This document shows, one piece after another, positions 47,570 to 57,451 of a stretch of DNA of 64,000 bases. The DNA lies in IMG/VR virus record IMGVR_UViG_3300031577_000195, positions 17,064 through 81,063 of that record. One strand, written 5' to 3'. The position numbers and the translations under genes are program-made. Each line of letters begins with the position of its first letter. Position 1 is the first letter of the stretch. The stretch comes from a virus. Lineage: Duplodnaviria; Caudoviricetes. Under the pieces are notes generated by a model. The model was not told the origin of the DNA. It did not search any database and worked only from the letters and a program-made list of their open reading frames with translations.

Positions 47570-48430
47570 CTAGCTCTTGCTTTTATGTTTCTCTAGATAA
47601 TAAGGGCAACTAATATTACACCCACAATACGTGGTGCATTTCATGTCATTGCTCCATCTGTCTTCACACACTGGAGGCATCTCCTGATTATCCAAAGCAT
47701 ACATTAGGCTATCATGTTTTTCCTTCATATAAGCCCTAATTTCTTCCTTTGGTATAATCGGTAGGTCAATTGGATTAGAAAATCTAGTGAGTCCATAAGA
47801 CCTTGCTGTTGCATCAAGTCCACCTCTAAGAAACATTTGAAGCTTTAGTTTATTCACCTGAAACCCATGATTTTCTAGTAGCACCCTGTAGTATGACAAT
47901 TGTCTCTGAGGTTCTAAAATATCTGGTTCACTTGGTTCCCATGTTGCTCCCCATTTAGCCTGACCTTTCTTTGGGCCTCTAACGTAATATTCTCCAGTTG
48001 CCCCATAGGTTGGCTTATGACCAATCTTCTTAGCTAATACGTAAGCTCCGTAAAACTTGAAGTCAACCAAAGTTTTACTGATGGAATCATATGCGTCAAT
48101 TTGGCCTGAACATATGTCATCTTCGAAGCGAACTTCTGAAACCCAACCATTCGGCATATTGCGCTCCATTAGAGAATGCGAATTTGTGCCTATCATTGAA
48201 CTAAGGGACTTATCTGGGTTAATCGTTTGGTCCGTAGTAATCAATAGATACGCTTGTCTCGTAGGTTGTAACAATTGTGTGACGCTTGGTTTGCCGTAAA
48301 ACTGTCTACTTCTAGTTACTGCCAAGAGTCCAGGTAAAGCCATGCAGCGGTCTTCCATTCGGCAATTCTTTAGGCACTCTTGTTTAGCTATTGTCTGCCC
48401 GTCAGGACAAATTAGATGTGTAACTGCTAT
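47570..48430 (-). CDS. Cas4-like PD-(D/E)XK exonuclease (ATA start)
   Basis: G...H, GQID, DFK, QLS.Y and C-terminal C..C...C...C; Cys-rich N-terminus only from ATA 48430. Confidence 0.75.
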   Translation of the reverse strand: MAVTHLICPDGQTIAKQECLKNCRMEDRCMALPGLLAVTRSRQFYGKPSVTQLLQPTRQAYLLITTDQTINPDKSLSSMIGTNSHSLMERNMPNGWVSEVRFEDDICSGQIDAYDSISKTLVDFKFYGAYVLAKKIGHKPTYGATGEYYVRGPKKGQAKWGATWEPSEPDILEPQRQLSYYRVLLENHGFQVNKLKLQMFLRGGLDATARSYGLTRFSNPIDLPIIPKEEIRAYMKEKHDSLMYALDNQEMPPVCEDRWSNDMKCTTYCGCNISCPYYLEKHKSKS

Positions 48431-48589
48431 ATCAACCGACCTCCTTTATGTTCATCGCTATAATCAGGTTAACTTCAGCTAATTTTGAACACTCTTCATT
48501 ACATAAGTTATCCCATTCGTCATGCATAAATCTAGCAAGGGACATGAAAAGATTCTTTTTGTCCTCTACGGTCATTTACTCGACCTCCT

Positions 48590-49204
48590 TTACAAAGACT
48601 CAAGAAATTCATCATATGTCTTAAAGTCTCTCTTGATATTAGTCATTAGTTCATCCGTAGTTATTTTCTGCTGATTACATACATAGTCAATATATTCACT
48701 GTCGTATAGCTTGCGTCTACGTTTGTTGTTCTTTTTAATTTCAGCAAAAACTAAACCACGATCTACATGATAAAGCTTGTATAAGTAATTAGCCATATCT
48801 ACATCCGAGAAGGTCTGCATAGAACATATCGGACACATGCACATCGGTAATCCATCATCAAAGTAGCTTTTAACCAAGTCATCAATGTCAGTATCGCCCT
48901 TAGATAACTCCGCTAAGTCATTTTGATACTCATTGATCCACTTCTTGCGTGTTTCTTCTGTACAATGCGTGTATTCCTGAGTTGCTTCGATTTGATTTTT
49001 AATTTGAATCGTAAGTTCTTCCTTGAGTTTACTTTTGTCTACATCAAAGTTATCGAAGCAATTGCAAAACTTATGACCGTTAATACATCTTCCACCGCCG
49101 ATATCATAAGGACTTAAATCCCACCCACTATGGCTTTCACCACAGATATCACAGATAAACGATGATGAACTTGAGTTCGTTACAAAAGATAACCTATGTT
49201 TCAA
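48590..49204 (-). CDS. TNSSS-motif protein 1 (Cys-rich)
   Basis: KHRLSFVTNSSSSSFIC; CxxC clusters. Confidence 0.8.
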   Translation of the reverse strand: MKHRLSFVTNSSSSSFICDICGESHSGWDLSPYDIGGGRCINGHKFCNCFDNFDVDKSKLKEELTIQIKNQIEATQEYTHCTEETRKKWINEYQNDLAELSKGDTDIDDLVKSYFDDGLPMCMCPICSMQTFSDVDMANYLYKLYHVDRGLVFAEIKKNNKRRRKLYDSEYIDYVCNQQKITTDELMTNIKRDFKTYDEFLESL

Positions 49205-49205
49205 A

Positions 49206-49547
49206 TCAAGTCCCCCATACTTTTACTTTTTCAGAATCAATAGCACCAAGACAATAAATAATATTGTCAACTGTGTCATCTTCATTTGTGAATTCTTCTG
49301 AACCAACATTCCAGTTATCTAGTTTTATTCCATAAGTAGCAGTACCATTGATTCTTTTAATAACTTCATCAATATATTTATCAAACAATAATCCTTCAGT
49401 ATCGTAATCATCTATTGACCTCTTGATATTATTCTCTTGTTTCATTAGTTCTTGCCTAATGTCATCATTAGTTGCATCATTTCTAATAGCAATTACGAAT
49501 GATGATGAACTTGAGTTCGTAACAAAAGATAACCTATGTTTAGCCAT
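49206..49547 (-). CDS. TNSSS-motif protein 2
   Basis: MAKHRLSFVTNSSSSSFVI; ATG 49547 with RBS GGAGG. Confidence 0.8.
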   Translation of the reverse strand: MAKHRLSFVTNSSSSSFVIAIRNDATNDDIRQELMKQENNIKRSIDDYDTEGLLFDKYIDEVIKRINGTATYGIKLDNWNVGSEEFTNEDDTVDNIIYCLGAIDSEKVKVWGT

Positions 49548-49890
49548 CGTAAAATCCTCCGTAATCAAAGAATACATCATCAATATCTACAGCTATTCCA
49601 TTTGATTTTGCCCTATCGATGAACATTTGTTTAATCTGTGGTATTGTCATCGTTTGAAGTAATATAGGTATACTTTCGGTTAGCGTAATGATATCACCAC
49701 AGTAATTTCGGTCACTTGATGATGTATCAAAACCTTTTGGTGTGTCTTTTGTTGTCTCATAACTTTCGTCATACCAATGGTCTTCTTCTTTTTTTAACTT
49801 AAATTGTTCTGCATATTTCTCAGAATGTACGCCAACCACAATAAAACTTGAGGAACTACTATTAGTAACAAAAGAAGTCCTTACTTTCAT
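49540..49890 (-). CDS. TNSSS-motif protein 3
   Basis: MKVRTSFVTNSSSSSFIV. Confidence 0.8.
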   Translation of the reverse strand: MKVRTSFVTNSSSSSFIVVGVHSEKYAEQFKLKKEEDHWYDESYETTKDTPKGFDTSSSDRNYCGDIITLTESIPILLQTMTIPQIKQMFIDRAKSNGIAVDIDDVFFDYGGFYDG

Positions 49891-50936
49891 ATACTTCTCT
49901 CCTTTCGATTACATAAGACTATCTCTTGAACCAATGGACAACCTCCCATACATACCCTTTGTTCATCACATCCTTTACATGAGTTTTTCATATGGTTTCT
50001 GAAGAATTCAAACTCTATACTATCCCATGCTTCTTTAATGGTGTTGATGCGAAGGTTAAGACCATATATATGACTTTGGTCAAAACTACAGGGTACTGCA
50101 ATCATATCTGAAGATATATACATTGAATACCTTGCACCCTCACAGGTATCTACAGAATCAAAATTGATATCTGCAAAATTCACAAGCCCAGGCACAGTGC
50201 AGCTATCGAAACCAACTTTAAACGGATGGTCTTTACTAACGAGACTAAAGAACTCTTTAAGCCTTGGGTCATCATAAGCTAATATATCAGCTTTACTTCC
50301 GCAGCCTACATTTTTATGCAAAAGGAAAATTATTGCATTGATAGGAAGAAATTCGTTGTCTTTAAGTATCTCTATGGCTTCATCTATTGTTTTATTTGAA
50401 AGTACATAGTGGATATTTGTAGTACAACCGGCATCAATAAACCTATGAAGTGCTGCAAACGTATAGTTCTGGCGATACCACGATACTGCTACAGCACCAC
50501 AGTATTCCTTAGTTAGCCTAATTTCCTCATCAGTTAAATTAAGACCACTGGTTGTATAATTAGGAACAATATTTTTACTTTTGGTATAACTTAAGATTTC
50601 CTCAAAATTCTCATGCTTGTTAGGATCACCATGACCACCTAAAGCTATCTGAAAAACTTTCCCTTCACATTGATCGATAATATTTTTGTAATCCTTAAGT
50701 TTCATGTTTGGCTTTTGATTCAGTAGTCCACCTTGGTAACATCCTACAGTGCATTGAGCAGCATGAGCGCAGCTACCCATGACTCCTATGTCTATTAACT
50801 CAGGATAACTTGCCATAAATGGGTCAATTCCGGTGTCCCTACCTCTGTCGATAACTCCTGAACGAACATAGTAGCCATTTTCAGTATTAAACTTTGCCAC
50901 AAATCTATTTGCTTTATCTACCTTAACTATCTCCAC
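49887..50936 (-). CDS. Radical SAM / SPASM-domain protein
   Basis: CAHAAQCTVGCY cluster motif, IALGGHGDP, YTTSG; C-terminal C...PC...CxxC...C..GCP. Confidence 0.85.
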   Translation of the reverse strand: MEIVKVDKANRFVAKFNTENGYYVRSGVIDRGRDTGIDPFMASYPELIDIGVMGSCAHAAQCTVGCYQGGLLNQKPNMKLKDYKNIIDQCEGKVFQIALGGHGDPNKHENFEEILSYTKSKNIVPNYTTSGLNLTDEEIRLTKEYCGAVAVSWYRQNYTFAALHRFIDAGCTTNIHYVLSNKTIDEAIEILKDNEFLPINAIIFLLHKNVGCGSKADILAYDDPRLKEFFSLVSKDHPFKVGFDSCTVPGLVNFADINFDSVDTCEGARYSMYISSDMIAVPCSFDQSHIYGLNLRINTIKEAWDSIEFEFFRNHMKNSCKGCDEQRVCMGGCPLVQEIVLCNRKERSI

Positions 50937-51114
50937 TATTAGCCGACCTCCTCTTGGTTTATTGCCTGATATATCTTTCGTACAATAAAGGCTCCGGCTG
51001 ATACTATAGCGAATAACATAAGTTTATCTGCTAAGTCTTGTCCTTCCCGTAATATAATACTTGCGACTAAACAGATGTATATCATCCATCCAAACACAAA
51101 GCCATCCATAAGTA

Positions 51115-51147
51115 CCTCCTTTTGTTAACCTTTGAGTATTTTGGGCA
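51115..51147 (-). repeat. RBS-associated directional motif, copy 7
   Basis: TGCCCAAAATACTCAAAGGTTAACAAAAGGAGG. Confidence 0.9.
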
Positions 51148-51149
51148 AA

Positions 51150-51356
51150 TTAAAACCACCTTTCAAATCTAAAGTATGCATCCCATCCATTATCGAACTT
51201 CTGAGTTATTCCTATAACTTTACCAGCCTTATTATATTCGACTTCAGGTATTCCTATGGGCCTAGCCTTACGGCACTCAGGGCAATCTTCAGCTTCCTCT
51301 TTAGTGTCATACGTAAAGTAACAGCCGTTACATTGCCATACGTGTTTTACTGACAT
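51150..51356 (-). CDS. Small zinc-binding protein
   Basis: CxxC...CxxC. Confidence 0.6.
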   Translation of the reverse strand: MSVKHVWQCNGCYFTYDTKEEAEDCPECRKARPIGIPEVEYNKAGKVIGITQKFDNGWDAYFRFERWF

Positions 51357-51441
51357 ATCCCTTAACCTCCTTTAGTATACCATACGTCATATACAGTGTC
51401 TACTGTTTTAGTAAAACTTTTTGTTATTTGTTTAGTATTTT

Positions 51442-52587
51442 TCAGATAGCCATTTCCTTCATACTTGTTGTTTGTTTGTTGGAAATCAATTGAATATACC
51501 TTGCACCGTCTATACCATTCCTAGCCTTGCCAATCTTAGAGCTAATAATGTTGTCTTCTCCTGATTCTTCCATTGCTTGACGATCTATAGGTGATATCTT
51601 TGGATTCTCTGATTCCTTCCAGAGTAGCCAAGCAATATCGCCAACTGCCTCTATTGCTCCCCCCCCTTTTAAATTCGAAATATCTGGTTCTTCCCAAGAT
51701 TTTGTTGTACGCGCCATCTGTGACAAAGCAATTAACATAATATTTAATCGTCTTGCTATAGGTTTAAATGACATTACATTTTCCTCAAAATAACTAAAGT
51801 CGCTCATTTTAGGCATCATCTGGACATAATCTATGCCTATAACCTGTGTTTTCCCGCCGTTGTGCTTGAATAGCTCCTTAGAATTTATTGTCAATACTCG
51901 TTCTTCAATATTATTAATAGATAATGTTGGGTTATCATTGATGTACAGATATTCCTGAACTTTAGATAATACAACCGAATAGTCAATTTGTTTATTTCTA
52001 ACTTTTTCTTCAAGTTCTTTAACAGATATCCCATAAATGTTCGCTACAATCCGTTTATAAAGTTTACCAGCAGACATTTCTAAGGAAAACAACACAACGT
52101 TTATTTTTAGCCTAATAGCCATATGAAGTGCAATTTCCATAAGGACAAAAGTTTTACCTATTCCTGGCCTAGCAGCAATAAAAAATACGTCAGTTAAGCT
52201 AAGTCCACCTATTGCATTATCGAATGTAGGATAGCCAGTGGTTATTCCTTCGTGATGTAAAATAGAGTCTTCCATTTCTCTGATACAGGTATAAGCATCC
52301 TTAAACTCGTTTATAATTTCATCTGATGTTGATACTTCCGACACCTTAAGGAACTCTTTAATTTCTGTAATGTCTTTATCCCATTGTTGACTCAAAAGTT
52401 TCGCTAAATCAGACCTTATAAGCGGACTTTTGATTGTCCTTGAGTATTTTTCAATTGCTTTATATTGAGCGTTTTGGTCATCAGGGTACTGTTGTAGCAA
52501 CTGATTGGCACAATAGATATCTATAGGTTGAGTATATAAGTCTGATATCTGATGTCCTGCTAAAAGCAAGTCGTTAAAATCCTTCAT
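51442..52587 (-). CDS. DnaB-like replicative helicase
   Basis: AARPGIGKT, FSLEM, IDYVQ, ALSQ, KGGGAIE..D, GKARNG. Confidence 0.92.
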   Translation of the reverse strand: MKDFNDLLLAGHQISDLYTQPIDIYCANQLLQQYPDDQNAQYKAIEKYSRTIKSPLIRSDLAKLLSQQWDKDITEIKEFLKVSEVSTSDEIINEFKDAYTCIREMEDSILHHEGITTGYPTFDNAIGGLSLTDVFFIAARPGIGKTFVLMEIALHMAIRLKINVVLFSLEMSAGKLYKRIVANIYGISVKELEEKVRNKQIDYSVVLSKVQEYLYINDNPTLSINNIEERVLTINSKELFKHNGGKTQVIGIDYVQMMPKMSDFSYFEENVMSFKPIARRLNIMLIALSQMARTTKSWEEPDISNLKGGGAIEAVGDIAWLLWKESENPKISPIDRQAMEESGEDNIISSKIGKARNGIDGARYIQLISNKQTTSMKEMAI

Positions 52588-52590
52588 AGG

Positions 52591-52689
52591 CTAACTCCTT
52601 TTGATATTTTCTGCTGCTATTGCCAACATTAGAACAAACACTACAATAGCTACAAGAGGATAAGCTTCAATATAATCAAACATAGTCAT
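52591..52689 (-). CDS. 32-aa single-TM peptide between primase and helicase
   Basis: MTMFDYIEAYPLVAIVVFVLMLAIAAENIKRS; ATGA overlap with the primase stop. Confidence 0.6.
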   Translation of the reverse strand: MTMFDYIEAYPLVAIVVFVLMLAIAAENIKRS

Positions 52690-53549
52690 TCGACCACCGC
52701 CACCTTTACATTAGCGTCTGGGTAATACTTTTGAAATAACTCTCGTCCTCTTATAACCCACCTTTCAGCCTTACCATCTGCATCTGGAACAAGTATTATC
52801 TGTACTCCATCTACATGCTCCGTAAGTTGTTTTATGAGCTTCACATGATCTTTACTAAAGCTGATTCCGCAGTACGCTACTGTCGGTTCTTCTTGCTGTT
52901 GTCCACTAACTGCGTCAAAATATCCCTCTACTACCCACAATCGTTTCTTCTTTTTGATTAACTTTATGGCATTATTAGCGTTAAACAGATAGCTGCCTTT
53001 AGTAAACAACTCATTGTTTTTACCATTTTTATACTTTGGACTCTTATCGAAGTACCGATAGCCAAAACTTACGATTCTTCCATAAAGATCAAGCATAGGA
53101 ATTGTGATAGCCTTAGACCTTTCGCTCCATCCCAAACGGTACAAATTAATTATTCCATCAGTTAATCCACGTTTTTGTACAAGGTAGTCATAGCACTTGT
53201 CAAAGTTCTTCTCATAAGATTTACACCATTGTTCATTTTTGTCTGCTATGGACTTCTGTTGATGATACGTTTGGTCTTTATCTAGGTCAATTCCATAGTC
53301 TTCACATAAGGTCTCTACAGCTACATCATAAGTACAACAGTCACGATCCATGACGTACTTTACGATATCTCCTGACTCGCCACATGAAAAACAGAAGTAG
53401 CTATTGCTAGGAAATACTGCAAATGAAGTTGGGTTGTCTGCTCCTGAGTGAAACTCGCAGACTTTACGATAAGTACCATCAGGATGCAACTCAAGATTCG
53501 GAATGTATTCACTTAAGTCTTTACTCCTGAGTAAATCTATAACGCTCAT
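52686..53549 (-). CDS. DnaG-type primase (Zn finger + TOPRIM), C-terminally short
   Basis: CEFH...CFSCG, G.IV.F..R, Y.N, VEGYFDA, PDADG. Confidence 0.92.
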   Translation of the reverse strand: MSVIDLLRSKDLSEYIPNLELHPDGTYRKVCEFHSGADNPTSFAVFPSNSYFCFSCGESGDIVKYVMDRDCCTYDVAVETLCEDYGIDLDKDQTYHQQKSIADKNEQWCKSYEKNFDKCYDYLVQKRGLTDGIINLYRLGWSERSKAITIPMLDLYGRIVSFGYRYFDKSPKYKNGKNNELFTKGSYLFNANNAIKLIKKKKRLWVVEGYFDAVSGQQQEEPTVAYCGISFSKDHVKLIKQLTEHVDGVQIILVPDADGKAERWVIRGRELFQKYYPDANVKVAVVE

Positions 53550-53553
53550 TTAG

Positions 53554-55005
53554 TCACCTCCTATGAAGCTTCTTTGTTCTAAGCTTCTGTTTAATCGCTT
53601 TATGACAACTGTTATACCCGTCGATATATCCTGCTTCATACTCTGATTTACTTTGGTAATCCATCAGTTGATTCCGTAGTTTATCTCTATTGTGTCTATT
53701 GTCGCGCTTACTTAGGTACAACCTTTGGCGTAACTGTTGAATCTGCTTTTGTTGATAATCAAAGATACGAATAACATGATCTCTTACTTTTGAATCCATT
53801 AGTCACCTCTTTCTCAAGCTTAATACCACAGAATGGACAATAGTCAATAGTAAAACTAAAGCACCCCTCAATGTTCATAAGGTATTTGTCATCGTATAAT
53901 CCTTCGAACTTTATAATGTAATAAGGCATCCTTGGTTTGTATTCATGATTTTTGCACTCATGATAAATACATTTGTGTCCGTCCATAGCTATCTTCCTCC
54001 AGAATCAATTCTAATGTTAGAAACCATTGTTATAATGCATGTTTCTACTATAAAGTGAACTAGGGTATACATTTGTTAATCCACAAAGCTTAAGTGGCAC
54101 TTTTTGCATCCACTTGGGTTAAACCAGGCTATTTCATAGTAAACCGCATGACACCTTGGGCAGCTACGTTTGGTATTTGCTGTAGTGTGTTTATAGTCAC
54201 AACAATAGCAATGCCAATGTGCTGCTCCATGTTCACCCTCTACGAAAAACTCAATGTTATACTGATTACTACCACAATTAGGACATCTCATTTGTTACCT
54301 CTCTCTCTTAGGTAGTCGCATATTACAAATGTCATACCTACAGCACCTAAAACTACTGTTTCGATAATGGACACTATTTGATCACCAGATAACATTAGTT
54401 ACCCTCCTTGATTAACGCTTGGATTTTTCTTCCGGCTTCACTGTTGATACTGTCAATTTTATCTGCACATTTAATACATAAGTCTTCTATTATAATCCAG
54501 TTGTTATTACCAAAAGTATCTTTACCAAAGTAATCTCTGATTCTTGGTGGATAACAAAATTCTTCGCCGCAGACATCACACGTTACTATTGTTCTTTTCA
54601 TTAGTCATCCTCCTTATATCCAATGCGCTCATGAACAGAATCAATTGATATCCTTACGTCATTAATGACCTTATTTAGTGTATAAACTATATCTCTATCC
54701 TGTAGATGACTATAATCACAACCTATGACAATCTTGCGATACTCTTTATTAGCAGTGTAGTCAACACAATGTTTTGTAAAGGTACATCCACCATGCAAGT
54801 CTATATTTCTATACATGTCTTCGCACTCCATATAGCCCTTTTGTTCCCATGAGTTCTCTGCAAGTTGCTTATCGGTTATTTTGTCAATCACTAAATGGAT
54901 ATAATAAGTGAATTTCCAATATTCTAATGGTTCATTAATCTCAAAATAGACACCCCTGTATCTACCGCAATGTTTAGTTAATGGAGCTTCAATAGCACTA
55001 TTCAT
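53554..55005 (-). other. Small hypothetical ORFs (53554-53799, 53759-53986, 54076-54291, 54395-54601, 54601-55005)
   Basis: ORF track; several have CxxC zinc ribbons. Confidence 0.6.
54001..54076. repeat. Dispersed ~76-bp element, copy C (inverted relative to A/B)
   Basis: AGAATCAATTCTAATGTTAGAAACCATTGTTATAATGC...GGGTATACATTTGT. Confidence 0.88.
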
Positions 55006-55418
55006 TAGTTACCCTCCTTAATTACCTTAACTTTTCTCCACTGTCTACCCCAGTCGTAAGCTCTACTAATTGACGAAGAGTATAAGTCAACGACACCATC
55101 ATATTTACACCTGTCTTCAACTACATATCGTCTTCCGTCAATTTCAATAACACTCCCTAGTACCAATCCATTATATGCTGCAGCACCTTCATACACATGC
55201 TTACCGGAGGCCATGATAACTCCAGGAGTATTACCATCTCCAGCACTGTACATTGTTACTTCTGCTGTAATCCACTGTTCAGTCTTAGGTTCAATCTTTT
55301 GTGCTACTACAGGCTGTTCTATTGCTTTTTCTATAGGTTGGACTGCTGTTTCGCCTCGATTCAATACGCTAGGCATCAATAAAAGAGATACCAAAAACAT
55401 ACATAAGATTATCCTCAA
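55005..55418 (-). CDS. Exported 3D-domain (MltA-like) protein
   Basis: Signal peptide; TMY...MASG...LG..IEI...VEDR...VDLY...A..WG. Confidence 0.85.
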   Translation of the reverse strand: MRIILCMFLVSLLLMPSVLNRGETAVQPIEKAIEQPVVAQKIEPKTEQWITAEVTMYSAGDGNTPGVIMASGKHVYEGAAAYNGLVLGSVIEIDGRRYVVEDRCKYDGVVDLYSSSISRAYDWGRQWRKVKVIKEGN

Positions 55419-55423
55419 TAAAT

Positions 55424-55455
55424 CACCTCTTGTTATTTCTTGAGTATTTCGGGCA
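55424..55455 (-). repeat. RBS-associated directional motif, copy 8
   Basis: TGCCCGAAATACTCAAGAAATAACAAGAGGTG. Confidence 0.8.
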
Positions 55456-55463
55456 GACTTAGG

Positions 55464-56627
55464 CTACTCTCCATACTTAAGTAAAAACTCTGGATTAATC
55501 GCCTTGAAGCTAATCCGGTTTCTCACCAATTGACAATGCAGTTCCCTATCTTCGGTTTCCTCAAGTGGCCTAATGACTATACCTTCACGTTTGGTCTGTG
55601 GTGTGATTGTAGAACTACCCTTAGACATTTCCACAAGTTCATCAATGTTGTTAGTTAAGGTGAAGTCCGTAGATAACACAGGTACAGTCTCTAGGGCAAG
55701 TACACAAATTATCGCTTCAAATTCATGGAAATCAAGATACTGTTGCTTATCAATATTAAATACATTAAAGAATCTAATGGTGTGGCCTTTAATTTTCAGC
55801 TTGTTACTCTGAATACCCTCACCAAGGAGTTCGCCTTGTAAAGCAAAGTTTTTCAAAGGGACAACACTAGCAACTTCAGCATACTTACGCATCTTCTCTT
55901 CGATGTCCATTGTTCTCACGGTATCCCAAAAGGTATTCCCTTCAGTTTCCGCAAGGTCAATGTTACGAGAGCATACTCCAAACTCACCATTCTTGAGGTA
56001 AATTGTTATGCTTGAACCATCAAGCTTCTCTGTGATGTAGCATTTAGTACCTTGGTATTTGTCGAGTAGTTTTTGCAGTACCTGGACTCTCGTTTCGTCA
56101 GTCTTAGGAACGAAGTAAGGAAATGATTCACCAGCTTTAGTCGCTAGATTTCTCTTGAACCATTTAGGAAACCAGCTATTGAGATATGTAGCAATGAACT
56201 TAGGTATCCACTTGGGATAAACATATCGTGCAACCGTTTGATTATCTCGGATATCTGCAGATACCTCTGGTTCATACTTGGTAATACCTAAGATTTCAGT
56301 TACATCGAAATCTTCACAATAGTCCTCTGGGTTGCCTGAGTGGTTCGGTAGAATACTTAATGGCATCACAAGTCCTTGGCTAATCTGTCCTCTAAGTTTG
56401 ACTGTACGAATCTTCTTCATTTTACCTTGTGAATCCTTAAGGAACTCAAACTCTGGCCTATCGGGACATATTGAGTCTGGTTCAATAAAGACAACTAAGT
56501 CATTAACCTTAAATTCATCCTTCTTGATTACACAATGCCATCCAAGGACTGTAGCAACCTCAATTGCATCAGCGTTAGGTATTGGCTCAATCTTAAGTAT
56601 ACGTTGGATACTCGCGAGTTTTCTCAT
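55464..56627 (-). CDS. RNA ligase (Rnl2 / DRB0094-like with N-terminal OB fold)
   Basis: RKLASI...PI..AD, KLRG..SQG, KTDE.R, EKLDGSS, QGEL.G.GIQ, EGIV, FK.I. Confidence 0.92.
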   Translation of the reverse strand: MRKLASIQRILKIEPIPNADAIEVATVLGWHCVIKKDEFKVNDLVVFIEPDSICPDRPEFEFLKDSQGKMKKIRTVKLRGQISQGLVMPLSILPNHSGNPEDYCEDFDVTEILGITKYEPEVSADIRDNQTVARYVYPKWIPKFIATYLNSWFPKWFKRNLATKAGESFPYFVPKTDETRVQVLQKLLDKYQGTKCYITEKLDGSSITIYLKNGEFGVCSRNIDLAETEGNTFWDTVRTMDIEEKMRKYAEVASVVPLKNFALQGELLGEGIQSNKLKIKGHTIRFFNVFNIDKQQYLDFHEFEAIICVLALETVPVLSTDFTLTNNIDELVEMSKGSSTITPQTKREGIVIRPLEETEDRELHCQLVRNRISFKAINPEFLLKYGE

Positions 56628-56632
56628 AAGCT

Positions 56633-56665
56633 CCTCCTTTTGTTAACTTTTGAGTATTTTTGGCA
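56633..56665 (-). repeat. RBS-associated directional motif, copy 9
   Basis: TGCCAAAAATACTCAAAAGTTAACAAAAGGAGG. Confidence 0.9.
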
Positions 56666-56725
56666 TAGAAATACTAAGGTAGCTTTTGACCACACTTAGG
56701 ACACTTTAGCATCTTTAGTCCCCCT

Positions 56726-57100
56726 TTACATGTCCGCCAAGCAATCCATAAGGCTTTTATACTGCGGTAAGGTGGCACTTTTGGCTTTCTCTCGTTCCAA
56801 CTGAAGCTTTTGACGATAGATTTCTGCTTGGTTGTAAACTTCAGTTAATGTCATAAGCGTTTTATCAGGTAGAGAGTATAGGTAGTCATAAAGTACCTGC
56901 ATGTCTTTGATCTCTTGTTGCTCAAAGTGCTTCCTTATAGGCCAATAGCTGTATGAGGTACAACATTTCTTACCATAGATACCAGTCAAGGTATTAACTT
57001 TCTTGAGCCAAGGTAAGCTATGGAACTCTTCAGGTTCTGGATAAGACAAAATCTTAAGCTCCTTTCTATAGTTAATCATGTGTATATCTCGTGTAGACAA
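56726..57100 (-). CDS. Hypothetical protein
   Basis: ORF track; start uncertain. Confidence 0.45.
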   Translation of the reverse strand: MSTRDIHMINYRKELKILSYPEPEEFHSLPWLKKVNTLTGIYGKKCCTSYSYWPIRKHFEQQEIKDMQVLYDYLYSLPDKTLMTLTEVYNQAEIYRQKLQLEREKAKSATLPQYKSLMDCLADM

Positions 57101-57451
57101 GGTATCACGAGTTAATCACATGCGGTCTATAGGTTTGTTAAGGTAAAAGTCATAGACAATACTTTATCAGCATGATCAACAGCTTAACCAATCAGTATAT
57201 TTTACATGGTTAAAGGAGGGAGCTTCAGCGACCGACTATTAACCATCCCATCAGGGTAACTCTTACAATAGATAAACTTAAGGGAAAAGATTTACGCTAC
57301 GCGACCTTCGGTGATAGTTTTTCATTTTGATTGATTAGCCCCTTCTCTTTAGCATGATTGATCGGCAAATCTAAGTAGTACTAAAAGATAAGATAAAATC
57401 CGGGACCCAAAGTGCCGCAAACCCAGTAACCACATGGCTTCATTGGCATTT

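Noticed and set aside
52588-52688. T4 gene 60-like translational bypass or an intron joining primase and helicase
   Set aside because: There is an in-frame TAG 3 nt before the helicase ATG and no matching GAA landing codon after it; the gap holds a clean coupled ORF with its own SD for the helicase; no group I/II features were seen.
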